Shown here piece after piece: positions 16,608-24,647 of a stretch of 32,000 nucleotides of DNA. Under the pieces are notes generated by a model. The model had not been told where the DNA came from, did not search any database, and was given only the letters and a program-made list of their open reading frames with translations. The position numbers and the translations under genes were made by a program. Each line of letters starts with the position of its first letter. Position 1 is the first letter of the stretch. The stretch is from positions 154,562-186,561 of the forward strand of contig NZ_JHUX01000007.1 of the NCBI RefSeq assembly GCF_000619845.1, in the 5' to 3' direction. The DNA is from Alkanindiges illinoisensis DSM 15370. Its GTDB lineage: Bacteria > Pseudomonadota > Gammaproteobacteria > Pseudomonadales > Moraxellaceae.

Positions 16608-17312
16608 ATGGACAAAACTGAACAGCTAAAAATTTATGCTGAGCTACAGCAATATGGAACATTATGGCAGTGTATTGCTAAAGATTCGGGGGAACATCAA
16701 AAAGAAGATATTGAAAATGAAGCTTTGATTTTTGTTATTACAGAATGGAAAGTAGCAGTACTTGGTTCATTCGATATTAATAATGCAGAACACCGGAAAT
16801 ATTTGTACGGTGCAATGCATAAAAAGTTTGTTGAATATTCTGAGAAAAATATTAAGTACGCAGCAAGGATAGATCAACCATTGCGTAACAACCCAGATGC
16901 AACAACACACCCTATCTTGCTGCAAGCAAAAGCTTCGGATGCACATGAACCATTGCAGCAATTGCTTGATGCTGAGGACAATCTGATCACAGAGAAAATA
17001 CAAATCAGGCAGATTGCAGAAAATAGCTTTTCAATGGTATTGGCATATATTGAATTGTTTGAAAGGCTTAAATCTAAAACAGACAAACATACTTATTTGA
17101 ATATTGCGGCAGAGCTGAAAATGTCTTATTCATGGCTGCGTAAATGCTTAAATCGGGCTGATAAATTTTTGAAAACACAACCCTCTTTGTTTGATGGCAT
17201 TGAAAGTGTACTTGTCACAGATAAATTAGAAAGCTGGCGCAAAGTTAAAATCATCAGAGATTCTAAATCGGCGCCAGTGGTTCTACATGCACAACTCAGC
17301 TTATTTCAATAA
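16608..17312 (+). CDS. AT-rich orphan protein; tentative divergent sigma-70/ECF-like fold (regions 2 and 4) with a C-terminal extension
   Basis: 234-aa ORF in very AT-rich DNA (17/60 G+C in nt 16681-16740). [15 protein letters not shown] and [26 protein letters not shown] resemble sigma region 2. [27 protein letters not shown] resembles the region 4.2 HTH. No Shine-Dalgarno sequence is visible. Confidence 0.5.
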   Translation: MDKTEQLKIYAELQQYGTLWQCIAKDSGEHQKEDIENEALIFVITEWKVAVLGSFDINNAEHRKYLYGAMHKKFVEYSEKNIKYAARIDQPLRNNPDATTHPILLQAKASDAHEPLQQLLDAEDNLITEKIQIRQIAENSFSMVLAYIELFERLKSKTDKHTYLNIAAELKMSYSWLRKCLNRADKFLKTQPSLFDGIESVLVTDKLESWRKVKIIRDSKSAPVVLHAQLSLFQ

Positions 17313-20129
17313 AGGCTTCAAAAACTGCCCTGTAAATGATTTTTTCACCTTCACTACTTCTTCCGGTGTCCCTTCGGCAATAATCAAGCCACCGCCAGAA
17401 CCACCTTCCGGGCCCAAGTCCACAATCCAGTCTGCGGTTTTCACCACATCCAGATTGTGCTCAATCACCACAATACTATTGCCCTTGTCGCGCAGGTGAT
17501 GCAGGATTTCCAGCAGCTTGGCAATATCATGGAAGTGCAGACCAGTGGTCGGCTCATCCAGAATATACAGCGTCTTGCCAGTATCCCGTTTGGCCAGTTC
17601 ACGCGCCAGTTTCACCCGTTGCGCCTCACCACCGGATAGCGTCGTAGCTGCCTGACCCAAGCGAATATATCCCAACCCCACATGAATCAGGGTTTCCAGC
17701 TTGCGATGAATGGCCGGAATGGCAGAGAAAAACTCGGCAGCATCTTCCACCGTCATTTGCAGCACATCGGAAATATTCTTGCCCTTGTAGTTCACTTCCA
17801 GCGTTTCACGGTTGTAACGCTTGCCATGACAGGCATCACACGGCACATACATATCCGGCAAGAAATGCATGGCCACCTTGATCATACCGTCGCCTTCGCA
17901 GGCTTCACAACGTCCGCCTTTCACGTTAAAGCTAAAGCGTCCAGCCGCATAACCGCGAGCCTTGGCTTCCACCGTTTGCGCAAACAGTTCGCGAATCGGG
18001 GTAAACAATCCGGTATAAGTAGCCGGGTTAGAACGTGGGGTACGGCCAATCGGGCTTTGGTCAATATCGACCACCTTGTCCAGATGTTGTAAGCCATCAA
18101 TAGTGTCAAATTTTTCCGGCGTGAGCGTACTGGCACCATTCAATTGTGTAGCTGCCAGTGGCAACAAAGTGCGGTTAATCAGCGTGGATTTACCTGAACC
18201 GGACACACCAGTAATACAGGTAAACAGGCCCAGCGGAATACTTAAATTCACCTTTTTCAGGTTATGACCACAGGCACCATTAAGATGCAGCATCTTGTCC
18301 GGCTGTGGCGCATTGCGCTGCTTCGGCACTTCAATTTTCAACCGACCCGACAGATACTGCCCAGTAAGGGAATCGCTATGCGCTTCAATTTCCTGAAACG
18401 TACCTTCGGCGATAATTTCGCCGCCATGTACGCCAGCACCCGGGCCAATATCAATAATATGGTCAGCGGCACGAATCGCGTCTTCATCATGCTCAACCAC
18501 CAGTACGGTATTGCCCAGATCACGTAAACGGATCAGGGTTTTAAGCAGGCGGTCATTATCACGTTGGTGCAGACCAATGGATGGCTCATCCAATACATAC
18601 ATCACGCCCATCAAGCCCGCACCAATTTGTGAGGCCAGCCGGATACGCTGTGCTTCACCACCGGACAGGGTATCGGCAGAGCGCGACAGGCTCAGATAAT
18701 TCAGGCCAACGCTCACCAGAAAATGCAGGCGCTCGCGGATTTCCTTGAAAATCTTGTCGGCAATTTCACCCTTGGCCCCTTCCAGTTTAAGCGATTGGTA
18801 ATAGCTTTCTGCATCACCAATCGACATCTTGGTGACTTCAGGCAGAGTACAATTGACCACTTTCACGTTGCGTGCCAGTTCATTCAGGCGGGAGCCACCA
18901 CAGGCATCACAGGCGGCATTGGACAAATACTGCGCCAGATCATCGCGTACCAGATTGCTTTCAGTTTCCCGGTAACGGCGATCCAGATAGGGTAGTACCC
19001 CTTCAAACACCATTACCCGATGCTGCTTGCGGCCACGTTCATCCACATAGGAAAAATCAATTTTTTCCTTACCCGAACCATTCAAGACAATGTTTTGCTG
19101 GTTTTTGGGCAAGGTGTGCCACGGCGCATTCATATCAATATCATAATGCGCTGACAGCTTGGTAATAAAACCAAAGTAATACGGACGCTGGCGATCCCAG
19201 CCTTTAATCGCGCCCTGATTCAGCGACAGTTCAGCATTGGGAATCAGTTTTTCGGCACTAAAGTGACTGCGTACACCCAAGCCATCACAGACCGGACAGG
19301 CACCAGAGGGATTGTTAAAGGAAAACAAGCGCGGTTCCAGTTCGGCCACTGCACGGTCACACTGGGGGCAACTGTGCTTGGCGGAAAACACCTGCTCAGG
19401 ATGACTGCCATCCAGCCAGCTTAAGGTGGCAATATCACCACCCAGTCGCAGGGCAGTTTCAAATGATTCCGCCAGCCGGTTGCCCAAGTCTTCACGCACC
19501 TTGAAACGATCCACAATCACTTCAATGGTGTGTTTTTTCTTTTTGTCCAACGTTGGTGGTTCATCCAGCTCAATAATTTCACCATCCACGCGCGCGCGCA
19601 CAAAACCCTGTCCCTGCAATTGTTCAAACAGGTGGGTATATTCACCCTTGCGCTCACGAACCACGGGCGCCAGCAACATTAGCGCTGCACCTTCAGGCAG
19701 GGCCTTAACGCTATCCACCATTTCAGACACGGTTTGTGCCACCATCGGCAAGTCATGTTCCGGGCAGTACGGTGTTCCCACGCGGGCATACAGCAGGCGC
19801 AGGTAATCGTAAATTTCGGTAATGGTGCCAACGGTGGAGCGCGGGTTATGGCTGGTGGATTTTTGTTCAATGGCAATCGCTGGTGACAAGCCTTCAATGC
19901 TGTCTACTTCCGGCTTTTCCATTTGCGACAAAAACTGCCGTGCGTAAGCCGACAGCGACTCCACATAGCGGCGCTGGCCTTCGGCATATAAGGTATCAAA
20001 AGCCAGTGACGATTTACCCGAGCCTGATAATCCGGTAATCACCACAAACTTATCACGCGGAATATCCAGCGAGATATTTTTTAGATTATGTGTTTTTGCA
20101 CCACGAATACGAATTTCATTTTGGCTCAT
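17301..20129 (-). CDS. uvrA: Excinuclease ABC subunit A
   Basis: 942 aa with two ABC ATPase modules ([18 protein letters not shown]; LSGGEAQR twice). CxxC zinc modules are present and the UvrA layout is canonical. Confidence 0.97.
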   Translation of the reverse strand: MSQNEIRIRGAKTHNLKNISLDIPRDKFVVITGLSGSGKSSLAFDTLYAEGQRRYVESLSAYARQFLSQMEKPEVDSIEGLSPAIAIEQKSTSHNPRSTVGTITEIYDYLRLLYARVGTPYCPEHDLPMVAQTVSEMVDSVKALPEGAALMLLAPVVRERKGEYTHLFEQLQGQGFVRARVDGEIIELDEPPTLDKKKKHTIEVIVDRFKVREDLGNRLAESFETALRLGGDIATLSWLDGSHPEQVFSAKHSCPQCDRAVAELEPRLFSFNNPSGACPVCDGLGVRSHFSAEKLIPNAELSLNQGAIKGWDRQRPYYFGFITKLSAHYDIDMNAPWHTLPKNQQNIVLNGSGKEKIDFSYVDERGRKQHRVMVFEGVLPYLDRRYRETESNLVRDDLAQYLSNAACDACGGSRLNELARNVKVVNCTLPEVTKMSIGDAESYYQSLKLEGAKGEIADKIFKEIRERLHFLVSVGLNYLSLSRSADTLSGGEAQRIRLASQIGAGLMGVMYVLDEPSIGLHQRDNDRLLKTLIRLRDLGNTVLVVEHDEDAIRAADHIIDIGPGAGVHGGEIIAEGTFQEIEAHSDSLTGQYLSGRLKIEVPKQRNAPQPDKMLHLNGACGHNLKKVNLSIPLGLFTCITGVSGSGKSTLINRTLLPLAATQLNGASTLTPEKFDTIDGLQHLDKVVDIDQSPIGRTPRSNPATYTGLFTPIRELFAQTVEAKARGYAAGRFSFNVKGGRCEACEGDGMIKVAMHFLPDMYVPCDACHGKRYNRETLEVNYKGKNISDVLQMTVEDAAEFFSAIPAIHRKLETLIHVGLGYIRLGQAATTLSGGEAQRVKLARELAKRDTGKTLYILDEPTTGLHFHDIAKLLEILHHLRDKGNSIVVIEHNLDVVKTADWIVDLGPEGGSGGGLIIAEGTPEEVVKVKKSFTGQFLKPLLK

Positions 20130-20441
20130 GTAAATCTCAGCTAATTGTGGATGAACAACGGTAACGCATGATCAAACGACTAAAAGGCAGTCCATCGCAG
20201 TCTGATGACCAGGACCTTCCGGCTACGCCATATACAGGTTAAAAGAATAATATTTAAGCCTAAATATGGTGATAATTTATGTAACTTCAAGTTGTCATCC
20301 CGTCGCCGTTACCAAAAAATTTTTTCAATCAGGCAGGGCTGTGCAAACGCAGCGGCTATGCAACAATCTGGCACATTAGTAAAATAAGCGTATACTGCTT
20401 AGCGTTTTCTATTGCATCATCCTTTACGGTTCAAAATTTTC

Positions 20442-21809
20442 ATGAATGCCACAGAACGCCGCTCCACGTTTGCTTTAGGTAGTATCTTTGCCCTGCGCAT
20501 GCTGGGCTTGTTCATGATCGTTCCGGTCTTTGCCATTGCAGGGCAGCAGTACAGTGGTGCGACCCCTGCATTGCTGGGTCTGGCTGTCGGTGTTTATGGC
20601 TTAAGCCAGGCTTTATTACAAATTCCCTTTAGCCTGTGGGCGGATTATGTATCGCGCCGTGGCCTGATTATTTTTGGCCTGATCCTGTTTGCGCTGGGTA
20701 ATGCAATTGCTGCCATGTCTACCGAGATCTGGCAGGTGATTATTGGCCGTGCACTGGCAGGCGGCGGGGCAATTTCTGCGGTGGTGATGGCATTACTGGC
20801 CGATGTCACCCGTGAGGAACAGCGCAGCAAGGCCATGGCCATTATGGGCATGAGTATTGGCGCATCCTTCATGCTGGCTTTTATTATTGGCCCATTACTG
20901 ACGGCACATATTGGTTTGTCCGGCTTATTCTGGTTTTCCAGCATTGCCGGTATTCTGGCAATTTTCCTGCTATTACTGGTGCCGCAGGTTTCGATTCAGC
21001 ATAAACAGGCCAATGGTCATTATCGGGAAAAATTTAAACTGGTATTAAATAATGCCAACTTAAACCGCCTGCATATTTCCATTTTCATGCTGCATTTAAT
21101 CATGACAGCATTGTTTGTTTTTATTCCAAGCCAGTTAGTTGAGTGGGCCGGTATTCCGGTAAATCATCATGGCTGGGTATATTTACCCCTATTATTAATC
21201 AGCTGCTTTTTTGCCTTTCCCAGTATTATTGTGGCCGAAAAAAAACAGCAAATGCGTTATATTTTTATGGCAGCGGTATTTTCCATTACTGCGGCATTAG
21301 TTGTTTTAAGCCTATTTTATACCACGCCATGGGGATTAATTTTAGGTCTGGCGCTGTTCTTTATTGCCTTTAATGTGATCGAAGCCCTATTGCCTTCATG
21401 GCTGTCCAAGATTGCCCTGCCTTCGGTAAAAGCTACGGCAATGGGTATCAATGCTTCCAGCCAGTTTCTGGGAGCGTTCTTTGGCGGTGTACTGGGCGGG
21501 CAGTTATTATCCAGCAGCAATACCACACTGGCCTGGGGCATTCTGGTTGCCCTGGCCACCATTTGGCTTGGCGTGAGCTGGTTTCTGGAGTCACCGCGCT
21601 ACCTGTCTACTCTAACTGTTGACTTGCCATCAGATCAGATTAACCTGAGCAACTGGAGTGCTCAAATCCTTGAAGTACAAGGGGTTGAGGAAGTTGCTAT
21701 CTTAAAACAGCAGGGCATTGCCTACATTAAAGTAGACCCAAAAGACCTGAATGATGAGGCGCGACAAAAGCTGTCGCTATTGGTGAATCAACCTGTAGCC
21801 TTTTCATAA
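20442..21809 (+). CDS. yajR: MFS transporter of the YajR type with a C-terminal cytosolic YAM domain
   Basis: It is collinear with E. coli YajR as I recall it (ERRSTFALGSIFALRMLGLFMIVPV, GRALAGGGAISAVVMALLADVTREEQRSKAMA). The C-terminal tail matches too (EVQGVEEVAILKQQGIAYIKVDPK versus ETEGIKEVLIAEEEHSAYVKIDSK). I took the ATG at 20442 because the track start at 20412 is a TTG. Confidence 0.8.
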   Translation: MNATERRSTFALGSIFALRMLGLFMIVPVFAIAGQQYSGATPALLGLAVGVYGLSQALLQIPFSLWADYVSRRGLIIFGLILFALGNAIAAMSTEIWQVIIGRALAGGGAISAVVMALLADVTREEQRSKAMAIMGMSIGASFMLAFIIGPLLTAHIGLSGLFWFSSIAGILAIFLLLLVPQVSIQHKQANGHYREKFKLVLNNANLNRLHISIFMLHLIMTALFVFIPSQLVEWAGIPVNHHGWVYLPLLLISCFFAFPSIIVAEKKQQMRYIFMAAVFSITAALVVLSLFYTTPWGLILGLALFFIAFNVIEALLPSWLSKIALPSVKATAMGINASSQFLGAFFGGVLGGQLLSSSNTTLAWGILVALATIWLGVSWFLESPRYLSTLTVDLPSDQINLSNWSAQILEVQGVEEVAILKQQGIAYIKVDPKDLNDEARQKLSLLVNQPVAFS

Positions 21810-21859
21810 AGACTAGTTTACAGTCAGCATATCAAAAAATTAAACATGAGGAATAATCC

Positions 21860-22393
21860 ATGCGTGGTGTAAATAAAGTCATTCTTGTTGGCACTCTGGG
21901 CCGTGATCCTGAAACCAAAAGCTTTCCAAACGGTGGTTCACTCACACAGTTTTCCATTGCTACCAGTGAAAGCTGGACGGATAAAAACACAGGCGAACGT
22001 CAGGAAATTACTGAATGGCACCGCATCGTATTAAATAACCGTCTGGGTGAAGTGGCTCAGCAGTATTTAAAGAAGGGCAGCAAGGTTTATATTGAAGGCA
22101 GCCTGCGTACCCGCAAGTGGACTGATAAAGATGGTCAGGAACGCTTTACTACTGAGATCCGTGGTGATTCCATGCAAATGCTGGATGGCCCGCGTGGTGG
22201 TCAGGGTGAAGGCAGCCAGAATATGGACTATGCACCCTATAGCGCCCGTTCTGGTAATGGCCAGTCTGGTAATAATTATTCGGGCAATAATCAGTCCGGT
22301 GATAATCAATATTCATCAGGTCAGGGCAGAAATACTGGGGCAACCAGCAGCCCGCAATATAATACCGATCTGGATGATGATTTACCGTTCTAA
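21860..22393 (+). CDS. ssb: Single-stranded DNA-binding protein
   Basis: It has an OB-fold N-terminus ([18 protein letters not shown]...TEWHRIV) and a Gly/Gln/Asn/Ser-rich linker. The acidic tip is DDDLPF, and GAGGAA lies upstream. Confidence 0.95.
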   Translation: MRGVNKVILVGTLGRDPETKSFPNGGSLTQFSIATSESWTDKNTGERQEITEWHRIVLNNRLGEVAQQYLKKGSKVYIEGSLRTRKWTDKDGQERFTTEIRGDSMQMLDGPRGGQGEGSQNMDYAPYSARSGNGQSGNNYSGNNQSGDNQYSSGQGRNTGATSSPQYNTDLDDDLPF

Positions 22394-22394
22394 T

Positions 22395-22424
22395 CCTTAT
22401 TCCTATAAACTTTAAAGAATAAGG
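22395..22424 (+). terminator. Hairpin just after the ssb stop; possible terminator
   Basis: CCTTATTC (22395-22402) pairs with GAATAAGG (22417-22424) as a perfect 8-bp stem with a 14-nt loop. There is no T-run. Confidence 0.3.
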
Positions 22425-22504
22425 TGACACACTCTCACGATTATAATATGATCAGCCCATATTGTTTAATATAACAATGGTTATTTATATTCGTGGGAGT
22501 GGTA

Positions 22505-22831
22505 ATGAAACCTGATATTAGTAGTTTATCAGTTGCTGAACTGAAAAAACTGACCGATGAAGCCGAAGCACTAATCGAGTCAAAAAAAGAACAAGAGCTT
22601 GATGCAGCGTATGACAGAATTATAGAAATTGCTGCGTCTGTGGGTGTAACACTGGAAGAACTGGTTGCCCGGGGTAACAAGTCCAGCAAGAGTACAAACC
22701 GCAAGCCCGTTGCACCTCGCTATCGCAATCCGGAAAACCAGCAGGAAACCTGGACTGGCCGTGGCAAGCAACCACGCTGGCTGGCCGCTAAACTGACCGA
22801 TGGCGCCAAGCTGGATGATTTCTTGATTTAA
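22505..22831 (+). CDS. hns: H-NS family nucleoid-associated DNA-binding protein
   Basis: I took the ATG at 22505, which is preceded by GGGAGTGG. The N-terminus is a coiled coil (LSVAELKKLTDEAEALIESKKEQEL). The C-terminus carries the H-NS DNA-binding motif (ETWTGRGKQPRWL). Confidence 0.8.
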   Translation: MKPDISSLSVAELKKLTDEAEALIESKKEQELDAAYDRIIEIAASVGVTLEELVARGNKSSKSTNRKPVAPRYRNPENQQETWTGRGKQPRWLAAKLTDGAKLDDFLI

Positions 22832-22849
22832 AGCTTCTTAAAAAAACGC

Positions 22850-22881
22850 AAGCCAGTGGTGTGCTTTGATATTACTGGCTT
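22850..22881 (+). terminator. Hairpin downstream of hns; possible terminator
   Basis: AAGCCAGT (22850-22857) pairs with ACTGGCTT (22874-22881) as a perfect 8-bp stem with a 16-nt loop. No T-run follows. Confidence 0.3.
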
Positions 22882-22996
22882 AAAGCGTGATGAAAACTTA
22901 ATATAAAACGCTTTTCGTTTGCAGCAGTTTTGCGCATAATGAGCCATCATGCAGGCACATGGCCACTGGTTAAAACAAATGATGGTATTTTAACAA

Positions 22997-23740
22997 ATGA
23001 CAGTAAAACAGCCGGGGAAGGGCTGGTGGGTCTTTGCAGTTTCTCTATTGCTTTTATTCATTGTATTGCAGCTACCAGCAGCCTGGATCATTGCACGTGT
23101 TTCCCCCAATAACCCCTATATTGACAGCATCAGTGGCAGCATCTGGCAGGGTCAGGCTGACTGGCACATTGAGCAGGTGCAGGGTGTGGTTTCATGGAAA
23201 TTGCGCCCGTGGTCACTGCTATTGTTAAGAGTAGGCGCTGACGTTGAGCTGAGAACTGGTGATACCCGTCTGGATGGTAAAATGGCAGTGGGTTTTAACC
23301 AGCGTCGCATCGAGCAGTTTAATGGACAAATCAGCACCCAAACTTTAAGCAGCCTGTTTCCGTGGCAGTGGCCCAATAATCCAATCCAGTTACGTGATCT
23401 CAAGGTGATTTATCACAAGCAGCAGGGCTGGGAGGATGCCGAAGGGCAAATGAACTGGGCCGGTGGCATGCTGGGTTATCCTTTTGAAGGGCACATTGAA
23501 CGTGCGAATCTGCCGCCACTGGTGGCTCACTTAAGTGCACCGCAGGGCAGATTGCAACTTAACCTGACTACCGGACAAAACGAACGCATGGGTGATATTT
23601 ACTTGTCCAAGGATCAAATGCTGGAAGTTCAGTTAACCCAGCGCTTATTGCTGACTGTTGCAGGCTACCGGGGACAGGCCGGACTGGATACCGCTGTCGT
23701 GTCGACCCGTCAGCCCCTATCGAGTTTGCGAGCGCCATAA
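22997..23740 (+). CDS. gspN: Type II secretion system protein N
   Basis: 247 aa with a single N-terminal TM helix (WWVFAVSLLLLFIVLQLPAAW). Its size is typical of GspN, and its stop overlaps the gspC start (TAATG). Confidence 0.65.
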   Translation: MTVKQPGKGWWVFAVSLLLLFIVLQLPAAWIIARVSPNNPYIDSISGSIWQGQADWHIEQVQGVVSWKLRPWSLLLLRVGADVELRTGDTRLDGKMAVGFNQRRIEQFNGQISTQTLSSLFPWQWPNNPIQLRDLKVIYHKQQGWEDAEGQMNWAGGMLGYPFEGHIERANLPPLVAHLSAPQGRLQLNLTTGQNERMGDIYLSKDQMLEVQLTQRLLLTVAGYRGQAGLDTAVVSTRQPLSSLRAP

Positions 23741-24564
23741 TGCGTCAGTATTTTTCACTTAAAACGCTGGATCAAACCGCACCGTGGCTCTTGTTTGTTT
23801 TAATTGTCTGGCTATGCTGGAAACTGGCTGCCCTGATCTGGCTGGTACTGGCGCCGCCACAGCCGCCAGTTGCGCGTGACATTCCGCTCAGCTATAACCA
23901 GTCCACGCAAGTGCCCAACATTAGTGGTTTTTCTTTGTTTAAGGAAAACCGGGTGGATTTACCCTCTGGGCAAAGCCCTGAAGCGCAGATCCCGCTGAAG
24001 CTGGAAGGAATTTTTCTGGGCAGGCCAGCGCGCAATTCAGCGGCGGTGATTCGTGCCAATAACATTTCTAACCGCTACCGTATTGGCCAGCAGATTGAAG
24101 GCACCAGCCAGCGTCTTGTTGCTGTGGCCTGGGATCATGTCACACTGGGCTATGCAGATGGCCGTGAAGCAACTCTGTATTTTGGAGATGAAGGCGCAAT
24201 GGCTTCCGGGCCGGCTGTTACTTCCACAGCAGCAGCGTTGAATAATCCTGTTAATCAGGCTCAGCAAGCCCAGAATGCGCTGGGTGATGCCATTCAGCAG
24301 TTGCAAAGTAATCCCAGTGGCTATTTAAGCCAAATGGGCGTACAGCCCACCAGTCAGGGTTATGAAGTTTCAGCAACCGCACCTGCTGAAATCCGCAATA
24401 AGCTAGGCTTGCGTCCGGGCGACCGTATTGTGTCACTTAATGGCCGGCCACTGGGACAAATCCAGAATGATATCCGGGCGCTGCAACAAATTCAGCAGCA
24501 GCGCAATGCACAAATTGAAATCCGTCGTGGTGAGCAAACCATGACCATTCAACAAAGTTTTTAA
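23740..24564 (+). CDS. gspC: Type II secretion system protein C
   Basis: It has an N-terminal TM helix and a central HR-like region (LKLEGIFLG...AVI). A C-terminal PDZ-like segment is present (LGLRPGDRIVSLNGRPLGQI). The gene lies directly upstream of the secretin gene. Confidence 0.75.
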   Translation: MRQYFSLKTLDQTAPWLLFVLIVWLCWKLAALIWLVLAPPQPPVARDIPLSYNQSTQVPNISGFSLFKENRVDLPSGQSPEAQIPLKLEGIFLGRPARNSAAVIRANNISNRYRIGQQIEGTSQRLVAVAWDHVTLGYADGREATLYFGDEGAMASGPAVTSTAAALNNPVNQAQQAQNALGDAIQQLQSNPSGYLSQMGVQPTSQGYEVSATAPAEIRNKLGLRPGDRIVSLNGRPLGQIQNDIRALQQIQQQRNAQIEIRRGEQTMTIQQSF

Positions 24565-24647
24565 TGCCTCGGTAGGTCAGCACAATGCAACGCAATCGTG
24601 TCCACGTCTCCGGGCTTGTCAGAATTTGAAAAGGATGTAGGCAACAC

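Noticed and set aside
14521-17312. The idea that the catalase-related gene, the thioredoxin-fold gene and the sigma-like orphan form one redox-stress system
   Set aside because: A terminator (15847-15879) and a 294-bp gap separate the first two genes. The third has completely different base composition and looks like a later insertion. Adjacency alone does not support a functional system, so each is reported separately.
17457-19897. Numerous 60-136-aa ORFs overlapping uvrA (e.g. 17682-18092, 19426-19806)
   Set aside because: All are nested in the 942-aa uvrA frame and their sequences are low-complexity or Arg/Ser-rich. They are shadow ORFs.
20130-20441. uvrA/yajR divergent intergenic region: a search for an SOS (LexA) box, plus the 60-aa ORF at 20205-20387, the palindrome AACTTcAAGTT (20283-20293) and the A6T6 tract (20322-20333)
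   Set aside because: No CTGT-N8-ACAG-type box is present; the best candidates match only half of the second arm. This fits a LexA-less Acinetobacter-type lineage. The ORF is basic, has no Shine-Dalgarno sequence and spans promoter DNA. The 5-bp-arm palindrome is too short to interpret without comparative data.
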